64,000 nucleotides of DNA from Myxococcota bacterium (GCA_039030515.1 JBCCEA010000001.1:1-64000), one strand, 5' to 3'; positions 18,206 through 28,791 are shown, numbered from the stretch's first letter. Program-made: numbers and translations. Notes: generated from the sequence alone by a model not told the origin.

Positions 18206-20218
18206 TCAGCGTTCCGAGAGCTCGACAACGTAGATCGTCTCGCCTCGAATGAGCGCTACTGCCCGAGCGTCACTGCGAAGAGCAGCATCTCTAGCGGGTT
18301 CAGCCACGTCGTACCAGTCCTCTGAACGAAGCAACACCGTGCGCCCTGCTCTTTGAAAACGAAGTACGCCGTGGGCGGTACCTAGTGCCCAGTAGTCTGT
18401 GCTCGCCCTCGTCCGAAATGGAGCCGGCATGGGCGAGTCACTGAGAGGCCGAGAAGGTCCTGCCTGCTGGCCGCTGATCGTGATCGGCACAACCCAGAGA
18501 GAGGAACCGATGGCCATGACCAGTCCTTGAGGGGCCCATCCCAGCCACAGCGCTCGCGTGTAGGGCGTGTGGGTTGCCCCGGTCTCACAGGGTCGAGGTG
18601 GGGTGGGGCCAAAAACCGGTTCCGATATTGTGGGCCCGACCAACGCACCGGCAGAGATATGTTCTGTCCGCGCGATGCTCAGATGATAGCCGTCACAGTC
18701 TGACCTTAAGTCCACTGCAGCAAGAGAGCCGCTCGGATCGAGAATCAGCAGGTTGCTCTGATCCGTATTCGACAGAAAGGCGTTGTCTAGGCCATTGTCT
18801 TGGCTGGTGTGTGTCACTTGGAGCGATTCCATCGCGAGGTCGCTTTCGGAGGCTCCTCCGGGCGAATCGCTCGGGAGCGCGGGGTTGCTGGCGACCTGGA
18901 TGATCCGGCCATGTTCGCCCCGCACGAGTAAGTCGCCGTTTTCAAGATACTGCAAACTCGGAAGCCTCAGTGCTGGGATAGGTGCGACCGTGTGTGTCCC
19001 AACGATGCGACTGGTAGCCGAGAGGATGGGGGCGCGCCGAAAACCTCGATCGAGGATCGCTTTATCGGTTGCTTTGAGCTGCGTCGGCAAAGTACCGAGC
19101 ATTGTGAGACCCTCATCAAAACGTCCGGCGGCGATCTGCGCACTGGCGACGATCGCTTTGATGCTGGTCCAGAGGGGAAGTCCTCCACAGGAAAGTCCAC
19201 GGGATGGTCCCAGCTCGAGGTAGGCACTCTTGCTGCTCCTGCATAATGCTTCGAAGACCAGGTCTGCTCTGCGTGCAGTCTCCTCGCTTTGGTCCGGATT
19301 TGCGTCGAGTTGGCGAGACGCCTGCTCTCCCAGGCGGACTAGCGTTTCGCGAGGTTCCTCAGTTGCGGTCGTGAGTCCTGAAGGACGGTTCCACATCGTG
19401 AGCCTGAGCTCCACGGGCTCAAGTACCTCAACTGAAACGCGAACGGTGAGCTCTACGTCCGTATGGCCATCCTGATCGAGGTCGAGGCCCCGAAACTGAA
19501 GTGAGAGCCTGGTTTGGGGTCCTGCATCCTGACCGTCCTTTTGCAACGTGAGGCTCTTTGTACTGAGCTCTTCGAGGGCTCTTGGCGCAGCATCGAGCGA
19601 CGCGAGGATCCAGTGGTGATGTGTGCGCTTGTCTTGCCCACACAATTGTTCGATTTCGAAGAGGGCGAGATCGTGGGACAGGCGCTGAGGCCTGCTTTGA
19701 AGGATCGGACAGTCCGTCGGTCGCGCTGGTCTCAAGGTACGGTGGTCACGGTAGCCTGAGCCGTCACCGAGAGATAGCTTGAGCTCGATTCCCTCTGCGG
19801 TTTCGTGAATCCACAAAGCATCTGTATGCCCGTCTTGGTCGAGGTCGCTGACGAACGCAGAACGCAGACTTCCGGTTCCGATGCTGAGCGGCTGTGCCCC
19901 AAGCGGCAGATGGGTGGTTCCGGCAGGCAGAGACGTATGTATTTCGTAGGGCACAAACTCCGGCGAGCCGTCCTGGGCGGTCTTCGCGCGAGAATGTTTG
20001 GCTTGGTATTCCGACGTCACGCCAGAAGATTCCGCCTTAAACGGAACCTTCAGTGACGCTTCATCGCATCCGACTGATAGCGTAACGAGGACCGCCAACC
20101 TCAGATGTCTAAACTTCCAAAGCCTCCAAGCGCGCCTTGGGATGGATGAGAGGACATCGGAGGTGTTTCTAGGAAGATGGTTGTTCCAAAAAGCGCGCGA
20201 AGGTGCGAAGGAGTTCAT
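18206..20218 (-). CDS. Hypothetical exported (lipo)protein with two DLDQDGHTD (DxDxDG, FG-GAP-like) motifs
   Basis: Long ORF in the same minus-strand run; lipobox-like LSVGC; start uncertain. Confidence 0.65.
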   Translation of the reverse strand: MNSFAPSRAFWNNHLPRNTSDVLSSIPRRAWRLWKFRHLRLAVLVTLSVGCDEASLKVPFKAESSGVTSEYQAKHSRAKTAQDGSPEFVPYEIHTSLPAGTTHLPLGAQPLSIGTGSLRSAFVSDLDQDGHTDALWIHETAEGIELKLSLGDGSGYRDHRTLRPARPTDCPILQSRPQRLSHDLALFEIEQLCGQDKRTHHHWILASLDAAPRALEELSTKSLTLQKDGQDAGPQTRLSLQFRGLDLDQDGHTDVELTVRVSVEVLEPVELRLTMWNRPSGLTTATEEPRETLVRLGEQASRQLDANPDQSEETARRADLVFEALCRSSKSAYLELGPSRGLSCGGLPLWTSIKAIVASAQIAAGRFDEGLTMLGTLPTQLKATDKAILDRGFRRAPILSATSRIVGTHTVAPIPALRLPSLQYLENGDLLVRGEHGRIIQVASNPALPSDSPGGASESDLAMESLQVTHTSQDNGLDNAFLSNTDQSNLLILDPSGSLAAVDLRSDCDGYHLSIARTEHISAGALVGPTISEPVFGPTPPRPCETGATHTPYTRALWLGWAPQGLVMAIGSSLWVVPITISGQQAGPSRPLSDSPMPAPFRTRASTDYWALGTAHGVLRFQRAGRTVLLRSEDWYDVAEPARDAALRSDARAVALIRGETIYVVELSER

Positions 20219-20516
20219 CGTCGCTGGCATATACTTCTTCGACGTGCTCAGAATCCAACAGAGTTCGAGCGAGCTTTTTGTACATGTGTTTCGGATTGTG
20301 TGCATCACATGCGGAGGTGACCAGTTCCGCCACAAGAGCAGCCTGATTTCCCTCGTCTACTTCGACGATCTCCCGAGTGCACATCTCCTCAAGACAGACC
20401 GAAAGGCTCATGGAAAGTGCTTTAGCAAAAGGAGATTCTTGCTCGGGCGGATGCTCGCCTTGTTCTTCTGCAACGTTTCCGGCCAGGGCCGCCAACAAGT
20501 CCTCGAGGTCTGGCAT
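20169..20516 (-). CDS. Hypothetical acidic protein
   Basis: 115-aa ORF with protein-like composition (VEEVYASDDEL), co-oriented with neighbours. Confidence 0.6.
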   Translation of the reverse strand: MPDLEDLLAALAGNVAEEQGEHPPEQESPFAKALSMSLSVCLEEMCTREIVEVDEGNQAALVAELVTSACDAHNPKHMYKKLARTLLDSEHVEEVYASDDELLRTFARFLEQPSS

Positions 20517-20657
20517 TGGCGAGAGTCTGACTACGGTTTCTTCGGTGTCAACCTCAGCGTTCCATTTCGCCTGAAAACGCCCTTGAGAATCTCACGGTCT
20601 CGTTGACGACTCCAATCAGAGCGCTCTCGGGCTTCGTTCGCCTGTTTGAGCGGTCAC

Positions 20658-21050
20658 TCAAGGCAGACAGATCGCATCTCCGTTGCTGGTAGAAGTGCAG
20701 AAAAATCCTATCTCACAGTCAGAGTCGAAGAAACAGCGGTCGTAGCAAAGAAACACGCCGCTACCGAGAATGTTCAGGCAAGTCCCGTCTCCGAAACAAT
20801 CGAAGTCGCCGGTGCAGGTACTGGAGCACATCGCGTCGATTCGGGTTTCCGTGGCGATTTCCCAGCAGGCTTCGCTACGGGTGTCGCAGTCCTCAGTGAA
20901 CGTGCACGATTCGTAGGGCGCTCCCAAGACGACGACGAAATCATCATCATCATCGTCATCGATGATGATGCACCCAGGCAGCATGGACACCAGCAACAAC
21001 GTGGATAGCCCAAAAGTCGATCGACCTAGATATTTGTGAATGTGACGCAT
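20658..21050 (-). CDS. Small Cys-rich lipoprotein with poly-Asp tract
   Basis: GGAG upstream of ATG 21050; lipobox LPGC; three C-x4-C modules (CTFTEDC, CTGDFDC, CFFDSDC). Confidence 0.75.
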   Translation of the reverse strand: MRHIHKYLGRSTFGLSTLLLVSMLPGCIIIDDDDDDDFVVVLGAPYESCTFTEDCDTRSEACWEIATETRIDAMCSSTCTGDFDCFGDGTCLNILGSGVFLCYDRCFFDSDCEIGFFCTSTSNGDAICLP

Positions 21051-21248
21051 TTGAGACCAGCTCCCTGTGGATAAGATGCACCGAAGACAGTACCCGAGCC
21101 TTAAGGCAAGTTCAGAGCTCGAGCTAACTTTTGACTCCAATTTTCTGCGCGTCCTAAGACCGCTTCAGACCTGTGCTGTCTTCTCGGCAACGCAAGCCCC
21201 TCGGTTGGCCACTCACGATGTTGGGCCACTCACGATGTCGGGCCGGAA

Positions 21249-21983
21249 CTAAGCTGAGACGTCCCTCAGCCGAGATCGATTCAACCAGGTAGGCTTATCT
21301 TCCCCTTTTTGCCCCCCAGGGATGACCATGAACGGTGAGCCCTTCCGTTTCCCGGTTTGTTTCCTCGGGCGTTTTCTGCTCTTCGGTCGAGTCATCCAGT
21401 CCACAAAGAGCATTCCTGCCGCCATTGCCGACAGATCGCTGATGAGCTCAGTGAGGTTTTTACTTACTAGGAAACGCAGCAGGGAAAGCAGCGCAAAACC
21501 CACGAGAAGCTGCTTCGGTCTGACCGCAAAAAGCCCGTACAGCATGAGTGGATGATTTGAGTGACGTCTCGACCAGGTTGAGGCGGTGATCGAAGCGAAC
21601 AGCAATACGCTGGCGCCAAAAAGCGGTTGGCGGACCGGAAGCACAAACCCAAGGATTACACAAGATATGCTTCCAGCGAGAACCGCAGCCGCGCTTAGCT
21701 GCAGCGTCCGGCGTGCCCCGTATCGCTCTTCGAAAGGGGCAAGCATCCACCAGAGAAAGAGGAGTTGGATTAGAAACACAAAGAGTTGATCTGGAGGAAA
21801 TGCAACTACGTACGTGATGAGCTGCCATAGGTTGTCGACCCCGAGAGAACTCGGTTGCAGGGCCAGGAGGTGGAGCAGGGGAAGTTGCAGCCACTGCTCT
21901 GCGATGACGGTGCTCAAATACACCGCGAAAAATCCGACCAGCATGTTCTTTACGGTCGGGGTCAGTTTTGGGAAGCGAAACAC
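21249..21983 (-). CDS. Rhomboid-family membrane protein, probably catalytically inactive
   Basis: LWQLITY, LWWMLAPFEERYG, GAS motif, multiple TM segments; the expected AHLGG His reads SDLSA. Confidence 0.72.
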   Translation of the reverse strand: MFRFPKLTPTVKNMLVGFFAVYLSTVIAEQWLQLPLLHLLALQPSSLGVDNLWQLITYVVAFPPDQLFVFLIQLLFLWWMLAPFEERYGARRTLQLSAAAVLAGSISCVILGFVLPVRQPLFGASVLLFASITASTWSRRHSNHPLMLYGLFAVRPKQLLVGFALLSLLRFLVSKNLTELISDLSAMAAGMLFVDWMTRPKSRKRPRKQTGKRKGSPFMVIPGGQKGEDKPTWLNRSRLRDVSA

Positions 21984-22110
21984 GTCTCGACGGATCTACT
22001 CATACGCACTGCGCTGGGCAAGTGCTGTCGCTCTACCGTAGGTTGCAAGCGGACTCGGGCCAGGCACGCCGAGGCCAGGTTTCTCAACCCCACGGCGATC
22101 ACGCACCCGA

Positions 22111-25080
22111 CTATTCGGCCGCTACTGCACCCCATTTGTCTCGCAGCCCAAGCGCCTGCTCGATCAGCCATCGTTGCTCGAGGTCATGAGCGGCTTTGCT
22201 GCCGGTCGCTGGGCTTGCGCTCTCCGGTCTCGCGACGCACGCGAGTTTATGCTGTTCTCCGAATAGATGTCTCATCCGGGCGCTGAAGAACAGCCAGGGG
22301 CCCATGTTCCAAGGTTCCTCTTGTACCCAGATAAGCTCGGCGGAGCTCGGGTACGTTCCGAGCGCCTCGCTGAGTTCGTCTTTAGAGAGCGGATAGAGTT
22401 GCTCGAGCCGAACGATGGCGACGTCTTTGCGGTCGAGTTCGTCGCGTTTTGCTACGAGGTCGTAATAGATCTTTCCCGAGCAAAAAAGTACCCGGTTGAC
22501 GTTGTTCGACTCGCCGGGGATGTCGTGCAGGATTTTGTGGAACTGGCCTTCGCTGAGTTCGGAAAGCTTGCTCTGAGCCTTGGGATGCCGCAGAAGGCTC
22601 TTTGGAGTCATGACGATCAGTGGTTTGCGCCATGGGCGAACTACCTGCCTGCGTAGCATGTGAAATACCTGAGCCGGGGTGGTCACGTTGCAGACTTGGA
22701 TGTTGTCCTCTGCACAGAGACTGAGGAAGCGCTCGAGCCGCGCACTTGAGTGTTCGGGACCTTGCCCTTCGAAGCCATGAGGCAAGAGCATGGTTAGACC
22801 GCTAAGTCGATGCCACTTGTCCTCCGAAGAAACGACGAATTGATCGATGATCACTTGGGCACTGTTGGCAAAATCGCCGAACTGGGCCTCCCAGACCACT
22901 AGAGCGTCTGGCGAGTCCAAAGAGTATCCCCACTCGAACCCGAGTACGCCGGCCTCAGAAAGCGGACTGTCGTAAATCTCGAGCGTAGCCTGATCCTGAG
23001 TTAGATGGCCGAGGCGCGTGTAGCGTGTTCCGGTGTTGACGTCGAAGATGACCGCGTGTCGATGGCTGAATGTCCCTCTGCGAACATCCTGCCCGGTGAG
23101 TCGCACTCGGGTCCCCTCAACGAGTAGGCTTGCCATCGCGAGGTTTTCCGCCGTGCCCCAGTCGAGTTTCGGATCTTCCTCCTTTAGATAGCTCTTCTGC
23201 CGGTCCAGTACCGCACGCTTGATCGTTCGGTGGGGGGTGAAGTCGCTTGGAACCGTTGTCAGCTTTTCGATCAGTGCCCTGAGAGTGTACTTGGCTACTC
23301 CGGTAGAGACGTTCGGGCTCTTCGACTCCAGTCCGCCGTGGTATCCACTCCAGACACCACGCATGGAGTCCGGCACCAAGTCATAGTCGCCGCGTCGGGT
23401 TTCCTGGAGTGCAGTCTCGAGGTCCTGACGACGCTTTTCGGAAAGTGCTGCGGCCTCGGAGCGAGGGACGCTTTGTGTCTCGTCTAGGTAGTCGACATAG
23501 ACTTCTCGCACCGTCCGTTTTTCGTCGACGGCGGCATACATCAAAGGCTGAGTGAAGCGAGGCTCATCGCCCTCATTGTGACCGTACTTACGATAGCAAT
23601 AGAGGTCGATCACCACATCACGATGGTAGCGCTGCCGAAATTCTGTCGCGAGGCGGATCACTTGGGTTACCGCCTCCGGATCTTCGCCGTTGACGTGGAA
23701 GACCGGGCACCTGAGCATTCGGGTGATGTCCGTGCAGTAACGGGAAGATCGCGAATCGTTTGGAATTGTCGTGAATCCGATCTGGTTGTTGATCACGAGA
23801 TGGATCGTTCCCCCCGTCGCGTAGGCGGTAAGCTCGCTAAGGTTGAGGGTTTCCGCCACCACACCCTGTCCGGCGATGGCTGCGTCTCCGTGGATGATCA
23901 GCGGCAGCACGCGACTGCGCGCTTCATCGCCAAAGCGATCTTGTTTGGCACGCACTCGGCCTTCCACCACCGGATTGACGAACTCGAGATGACTTGGATT
24001 GAATGCGAGTGTGAGATGGACTTTGTCGCCGCTTCTCGTCACTCGGTCGGTGGACCATCCCAGATGGTACTTTACATCCCCCCCACCGAGGTGGTTCTCG
24101 GGGCTTCCATCCTCAAAACCCGCGAAGATGTCCCGCACGTTCATCTCTAGGATGTTGGCCAATACGTTGAGACGGCCTCGATGTGCCATACCGATGACGA
24201 TTTCTTGAACCCCGCAGGCTGCTGAGCGTTCGACGAGGTAGTCGAGCATCGAGATCACGCTCTCGCCACCTTCCAGGCTGAAGCGCTTAGCTCCTTTGAA
24301 CTTGGTATGCAGAAACTGCTCGAAGATCTCTGCGTCGGTCAGTTTCCTTAGTATCCGGAGCTGTTCCTCGCGACTCAGAGGAACGCGGTTGTTTGTCGAC
24401 TCCATGCTCTCCTGAAGCCAGCGGCGTGCCTGCCGATCCTCGAGAAAAGTAAACTCGACGCCGATCGAACGCGTGTAGGTCTCGTTCAATTTCTGCACGA
24501 TCTCCCCGAGGGTCATCGTGGCCGGTCCTGCCATATCGCCCGTAGAAAAAATCGTCGATAGGTCGACGTCGGCGAGACCGTAGTGCTCGAGCAGGAACTC
24601 GTTGGGAAGCTGAGACTGAAGCCGAAGCGGATCCAGGTCTGCGAAGAGATGCCCGCGCACGCGGTAGGCGTTTACCAACGCAGAGACCCGGCCTTGGAGC
24701 TCGTTGGCCGCAAGGACGTCATGGGTAGGTGGAAAGGAGGTTGTGGCCCTTTGGCGCGTTGAATCTGCGATAAAAGGCACAAGCTCGGCCGTTGGCGGCA
24801 GAGAGGGTAGGTAGTCCCCGCTGCTCCGTGGATGCCGATACGGCGCATCGACATCGCCCGTGCCGCCTGAAGATGTGCCGCCTGAGGATTCAGAGCGTCT
24901 TTTTGGCGGTTCGATTAGCGGCGCCGGAATTTGGCCGTGACTCGTGAGGTCGGGCCAGTCCTGAGGCGGCAGAGAAGCGAAGAATTCTTGCCAGCTTGCG
25001 TCGACATTCTTTGGGTTCGCAAGCCACTTGAGGAATATGTCTTCGACAAGTGCCTGGTTGACACCGAAATCGCGGCTCAT
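22111..25080 (-). CDS. sucA: 2-oxoglutarate dehydrogenase E1 component
   Basis: KRFSLEGGE, GMAHRGRLN, GDVKYHLG, HGDAAIAGQG, WEAQFGDF, GQGPEHSSAR; start at MSRDFG follows AAGGGAAG. Confidence 0.97.
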   Translation of the reverse strand: MSRDFGVNQALVEDIFLKWLANPKNVDASWQEFFASLPPQDWPDLTSHGQIPAPLIEPPKRRSESSGGTSSGGTGDVDAPYRHPRSSGDYLPSLPPTAELVPFIADSTRQRATTSFPPTHDVLAANELQGRVSALVNAYRVRGHLFADLDPLRLQSQLPNEFLLEHYGLADVDLSTIFSTGDMAGPATMTLGEIVQKLNETYTRSIGVEFTFLEDRQARRWLQESMESTNNRVPLSREEQLRILRKLTDAEIFEQFLHTKFKGAKRFSLEGGESVISMLDYLVERSAACGVQEIVIGMAHRGRLNVLANILEMNVRDIFAGFEDGSPENHLGGGDVKYHLGWSTDRVTRSGDKVHLTLAFNPSHLEFVNPVVEGRVRAKQDRFGDEARSRVLPLIIHGDAAIAGQGVVAETLNLSELTAYATGGTIHLVINNQIGFTTIPNDSRSSRYCTDITRMLRCPVFHVNGEDPEAVTQVIRLATEFRQRYHRDVVIDLYCYRKYGHNEGDEPRFTQPLMYAAVDEKRTVREVYVDYLDETQSVPRSEAAALSEKRRQDLETALQETRRGDYDLVPDSMRGVWSGYHGGLESKSPNVSTGVAKYTLRALIEKLTTVPSDFTPHRTIKRAVLDRQKSYLKEEDPKLDWGTAENLAMASLLVEGTRVRLTGQDVRRGTFSHRHAVIFDVNTGTRYTRLGHLTQDQATLEIYDSPLSEAGVLGFEWGYSLDSPDALVVWEAQFGDFANSAQVIIDQFVVSSEDKWHRLSGLTMLLPHGFEGQGPEHSSARLERFLSLCAEDNIQVCNVTTPAQVFHMLRRQVVRPWRKPLIVMTPKSLLRHPKAQSKLSELSEGQFHKILHDIPGESNNVNRVLFCSGKIYYDLVAKRDELDRKDVAIVRLEQLYPLSKDELSEALGTYPSSAELIWVQEEPWNMGPWLFFSARMRHLFGEQHKLACVARPESASPATGSKAAHDLEQRWLIEQALGLRDKWGAVAAE

Positions 25081-25434
25081 GGTCGTGCGTCTTCCCTTCG
25101 AGCTGGTGTGCCACATTGGTCTCGATGGATACCTCGGAACGTGCAGGGTCCCGGGCACCTCGATGTAGTCCGAGGGTACCGCCTACGTTCCTAGGCGACC
25201 AGGGGCGTTCGAGAGGCATAGCGTCGATTTTTCGTCAGTGCTCCTCGAGAATGCACTGTTTGGAGATAGATTCCTCGCTCCCAAACTCACCGCGTAGTCT
25301 TCCGTGATGTCGTGCAAGGTAGGGTGTTCTGCTCGAATCTCCAGGTCTCGCTCGCGCCTCGACCCCATACTGAGGTGATGCGCACGGAGTCGGATTCAAC
25401 ACTGTTTAGACCTCGGTTCTAGGCACGACGGATT

Positions 25435-26199
25435 TCAAGCTGCTTCCGTAGCGCCCTCAGTACGCGGCTGCCGTGATCTCTTATCGGCGTAGAGCGCGCG
25501 ATCCGCAGAGGCAGTGAGCGACGCTGCATCTGTCGGCTCTGCACCTGAGGAGGCTACGCCTACACTTGCTTTCAGGCGTCCAGACTCCAGAACCTGATCT
25601 TCGATGTGCCGGCGAATCCGCTCGGCGACGACCGCCGCCTCACCGGCATCGGTTTCTGGCAGCAGAAGCGCGAATTCATCTCCACCCAGTCTTGCCACAA
25701 GGTCGGTCGCTCTTAGTGCATCGAGGCAGGAGTGGGCGGTGGCGACGATCGCATCGTCTCCTGCCGCATGACCGAAATGATCGTTGATCGTTTTGAGCCC
25801 GTCTAAATCGACAAGGATAATAGAGAGTCCGGCACCCGTACGCTCGCTTCTCGCACATTCACGTTCCAGTGCGTCTCGAAATGCTCGGCGATTTGCAATG
25901 CCCGTGAGCTCGTCGCAGCCAGCCATTCGCTTCAGTCGAAACACCTCTCCAGCCCGCTCCGCGAGACTATCGATGATCGGGTTCCAGTGAAACGCCAGTT
26001 CACCCAGCGTTTTCCGAAGAGCGTTTGACGCATCTAGGGCTTCGTACGGGGTAGTGGCCGTAGCGAGCTCCTTGAGGTAGTTCAGGGCCTCTATCGCAGT
26101 TTCAGGCAGTGGCGGAAGTGCGCTTTCTCGCGTCAGGGCGGACTGACTAGCTATCACACGACCTCTCGTTTTTCGGCCTTCAACTTCGATGCATGCCAT
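25435..26199 (-). CDS. Diguanylate cyclase (GGDEF)
   Basis: DELTGIANRR, DLDGLKTINDHFGHAAGD, RATD I-site, RLGGDEF; start chosen downstream of a sigma54-like promoter. Confidence 0.9.
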   Translation of the reverse strand: MACIEVEGRKTRGRVIASQSALTRESALPPLPETAIEALNYLKELATATTPYEALDASNALRKTLGELAFHWNPIIDSLAERAGEVFRLKRMAGCDELTGIANRRAFRDALERECARSERTGAGLSIILVDLDGLKTINDHFGHAAGDDAIVATAHSCLDALRATDLVARLGGDEFALLLPETDAGEAAVVAERIRRHIEDQVLESGRLKASVGVASSGAEPTDAASLTASADRALYADKRSRQPRTEGATEAA

Positions 26200-26278
26200 G
26201 GACGGTTCCCCCAACTCCTCTAGGGGATTTCGGGCGTTGTTCACGGCATCTTGAGCGCGACGCATGCCGCAAGTCTGA

Positions 26279-26294
26279 AGCAAACCGTGTGCCG
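26279..26294 (-). promoter_or_regulatory. Putative sigma54 (-24/-12) promoter of the GGDEF gene
   Basis: Minus strand CGGCACACGGTTTGCT = GG-N10-GC with TTGC. Confidence 0.55.
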
Positions 26295-26393
26295 GTGCTC
26301 TGAGATGCCCAAACTCATGGTGTTTTGCGAATTGTTACGACGACAGCGCCGAAAGAGCGTCGGGCTTCTGTCACTACGCGTCGGTTTTTTTTC

Positions 26394-26421
26394 TCAACTC
26401 GCACACCGACTCGCCCGAAGG
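26394..26421 (+). promoter_or_regulatory. Putative sigma28 (FliA) promoter of flagellin 1
   Basis: TCAA-N16-CCCGAAGG, same pattern as upstream of flgM. Confidence 0.4.
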
Positions 26422-26430
26422 TTCAGGTGT

Positions 26431-26497
26431 CCGAGGCAAGGAACGCCACGGCCTCTCGAGTCAGGGAAGACTCGAGTGAATCACCAGGGAAAGGTGA
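26431..26497 (+). promoter_or_regulatory. Three GGA-loop hairpins (putative CsrA binding sites) in the flagellin 1 leader
   Basis: GGC-AAGGAAC-GCC; CTCGAGTC-AGGGAA-GACTCGAG; TCACC-AGGGAAA-GGTGA, the last overlapping the RBS region. Confidence 0.65.
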
Positions 26498-26502
26498 AGA
26501 CC

Positions 26503-27351
26503 ATGGGAATTAGTATTGTCACCAATGTTCCGTCGCTCAATGCACAGAACCAACTCAACAACACACAAAACGCACTGAATCGGTCTTTGGGTCGATTGTC
26601 GAGCGGCCTCCGTATCAATAGGGCGTCCGACGATGCGGCGGGATTGGCTATCAGCGAAAAGTTGAAGTCACAAATCCGCAGCATGTCCCAGGCTGAAAGA
26701 AACGCAATGGATGCGATCAGTCTACTGCAAACCGCTGAAGGTGCGATGGGAGAGATTAGCGGAATTCTGACGAGGATGAGAGAGCTTTCGGTTCAGGCAG
26801 CCAACGATACCGTGGGCTCAACGGAACGGGGTTTTATCGATCAAGAGATATCGGCGCTAAGAGATGAACTCGACCGGTTGGCGGAAGTAAGCGACTTCAA
26901 CGGACGGGCGCTCATCGACGGCACTGGGACCGGATTTACCTTCCAGGTGGGAATCAACAACACCACCAACGATAGAATCTCGGTCTCTATAGCGGATATG
27001 CACGCTTCTCAGCTTGGCACAACCACGGTAACTGGAGGTGTGGGAGCGATCGATGTCACTTCGATTACGGGCGCACAAGCTGCGCTTGCCGTACTCGATG
27101 AGGCGATAAGCGACGTGTCCTCGGGTCGCGCGGATCTCGGAGCGATTCAAAATCGAATGGAAGTAACTATCGCGAATTTACAGACGTCACGTGAAAACCT
27201 TACAGAAGCAAACTCGAGAATCCGGGATACCGACGTAGCAGCGGAGACGGCGGCGCTTACAAGAGCCAATATTTTGGTGCAGGCAGGAACCAGTGTGTTG
27301 GCTCAGGCAAATCAGGCGCCGCAGATAGCTCTCAGTCTTCTGGGTGGGTAG
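26503..27351 (+). CDS. fliC: Flagellin 1 (282 aa, minimal D0/D1 type)
   Basis: RLSSGLRINRASDDAAGLAISE; RADLGAIQNR; SRIRDTDVA; AQANQAPQ. Confidence 0.97.
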   Translation: MGISIVTNVPSLNAQNQLNNTQNALNRSLGRLSSGLRINRASDDAAGLAISEKLKSQIRSMSQAERNAMDAISLLQTAEGAMGEISGILTRMRELSVQAANDTVGSTERGFIDQEISALRDELDRLAEVSDFNGRALIDGTGTGFTFQVGINNTTNDRISVSIADMHASQLGTTTVTGGVGAIDVTSITGAQAALAVLDEAISDVSSGRADLGAIQNRMEVTIANLQTSRENLTEANSRIRDTDVAAETAALTRANILVQAGTSVLAQANQAPQIALSLLGG

Positions 27352-28144
27352 CAAGTGGTCTAAATTAATAAATGCGTGGCTTTATGCCTTCGCTCCACTC
27401 ATGGCCTCGAGCAGGCTTGAAGAGAACTGAAAGGTCCAATGCAATGCGAATAGATTCTAAGTGAGGGATGATTTATGCGGCGGAGGTATGTGATCGATTC
27501 TATGATCAAATATAAGTGCCGAGTGCTGAATCGAAGTGCTTCCTCTTTTGTCGAGTACAACTTGTTCTTGCGATGTACAAAGTTTGTCAGAATGGTACTT
27601 CGTTGGATGCATCAGAGATATTCCTTTAGCGTTCTAGGGGTCGATCATATCTTCTTACAGTAGAGATCAATGTTGGGTTTGCGTCGTTTGTTCTAAGCGA
27701 TTCGGACTAGCTAATCGGCAGAATCCTTTAGGACGAAGTCGGCCGGTTGTTAGTGAGTTGTCGGGTATGCGCCAAAGGCGCTCTGTAGTGAGTCTCAGCA
27801 AATAGATTTGCGAAGCTAGACTCGTCTTGTCTTAGAGGTTAACTATGCGCAGTTCTTTATTTTATAAATGATACTCAATGATGATGATCTGTTGCATTTG
27901 TGATCTCTGCGGACTGATTTTATCCAATGCGATCTACGATTGATAGGTTCTTATTTGTGTTTCTTGGTTATTTGATGGGCTCTAGGTTAAATGTCTGTGG
28001 TTGATTCGCTCAATTTGACTTTGGTCGAGTTTATGTCTGTCTCGAAGTTGCGTTATCGGTAGGTGCTGATGATGTCCTTGTGTGAATGCGGTCGTTGTGT
28101 ACTGATGTTGTTCGTTGGAGAATTTCGAGGTCTATTTACTCTCC

Positions 28145-28173
28145 TCTTGATGGGTCTTGATGGGTCTTGATGG
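28145..28173. repeat. 10-bp tandem repeat TCTTGATGGG, about 3 copies
   Basis: Read directly in the AT-rich inter-flagellin spacer. Confidence 0.8.
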
Positions 28174-28689
28174 CAGTTTGTTCGTGGTGGGGAGTCCATG
28201 ATTTAGAGTGAATTCAAGAAATAGATCTAAATCATTTTTATGGACTTCCACTTAAGAGGCCGGATGATCGTTTTGATCATCGATTGATCTAGGGAGCCTA
28301 TCTCTTGTCACGCTTTGTTGTTCAGAGATCCCTGCAATTTATTGTGATTCTGGTGATGGTTTATTCAGTGAATGAGAATGATTTGCGATGACGTTTTGTG
28401 TTGAGCGGCTGGTATTTTGAGTGTTCGAAGTACGGTGTTCTCCAGTAAGATCCTGTGTAAGATCTTTGTTGTCGAGTGTTAGTAGATTGCTATTTTCAAA
28501 TACGAACGAAGTTGATTTTGTTAAGTGAACAAAAGAAGAGCTGCTCGTCGTGCTCTTTGAGATGGAGTGAATGGAGGCGCTATGAACGCATGTAGGCCTT
28601 GGGCCGCGCGCCCGCATTTTACAAAAGATGCTCAGGCAACTCGGGTGGAATCGTTTGCCCGAGCTGCGCTGGACAGTCATCCGGATTCA

Positions 28690-28791
28690 ATTGGGTGTTT
28701 TGAAGCTGGATTGACGGAAAGACCAATGCGTGTGGAAGCACGCGATGCCGAATCGGGAAGGTTCGGAGGGTAGCTCACGGAGGAGACTTAA
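28690..28791 (+). promoter_or_regulatory. GGA-loop hairpins (putative CsrA sites) in the flagellin 2 leader
   Basis: GCGTG-TGGAAG-CACGC; CCGAA-TCGGGAAGG-TTCGG; CTC-ACGGAG-GAG at the RBS. Confidence 0.55.

Noticed and set aside
26251..26502. N-terminal extension of flagellin 1
   Set aside because: Paralogs start at MGIS/MAMT; the region holds promoter-like motifs and leader hairpins
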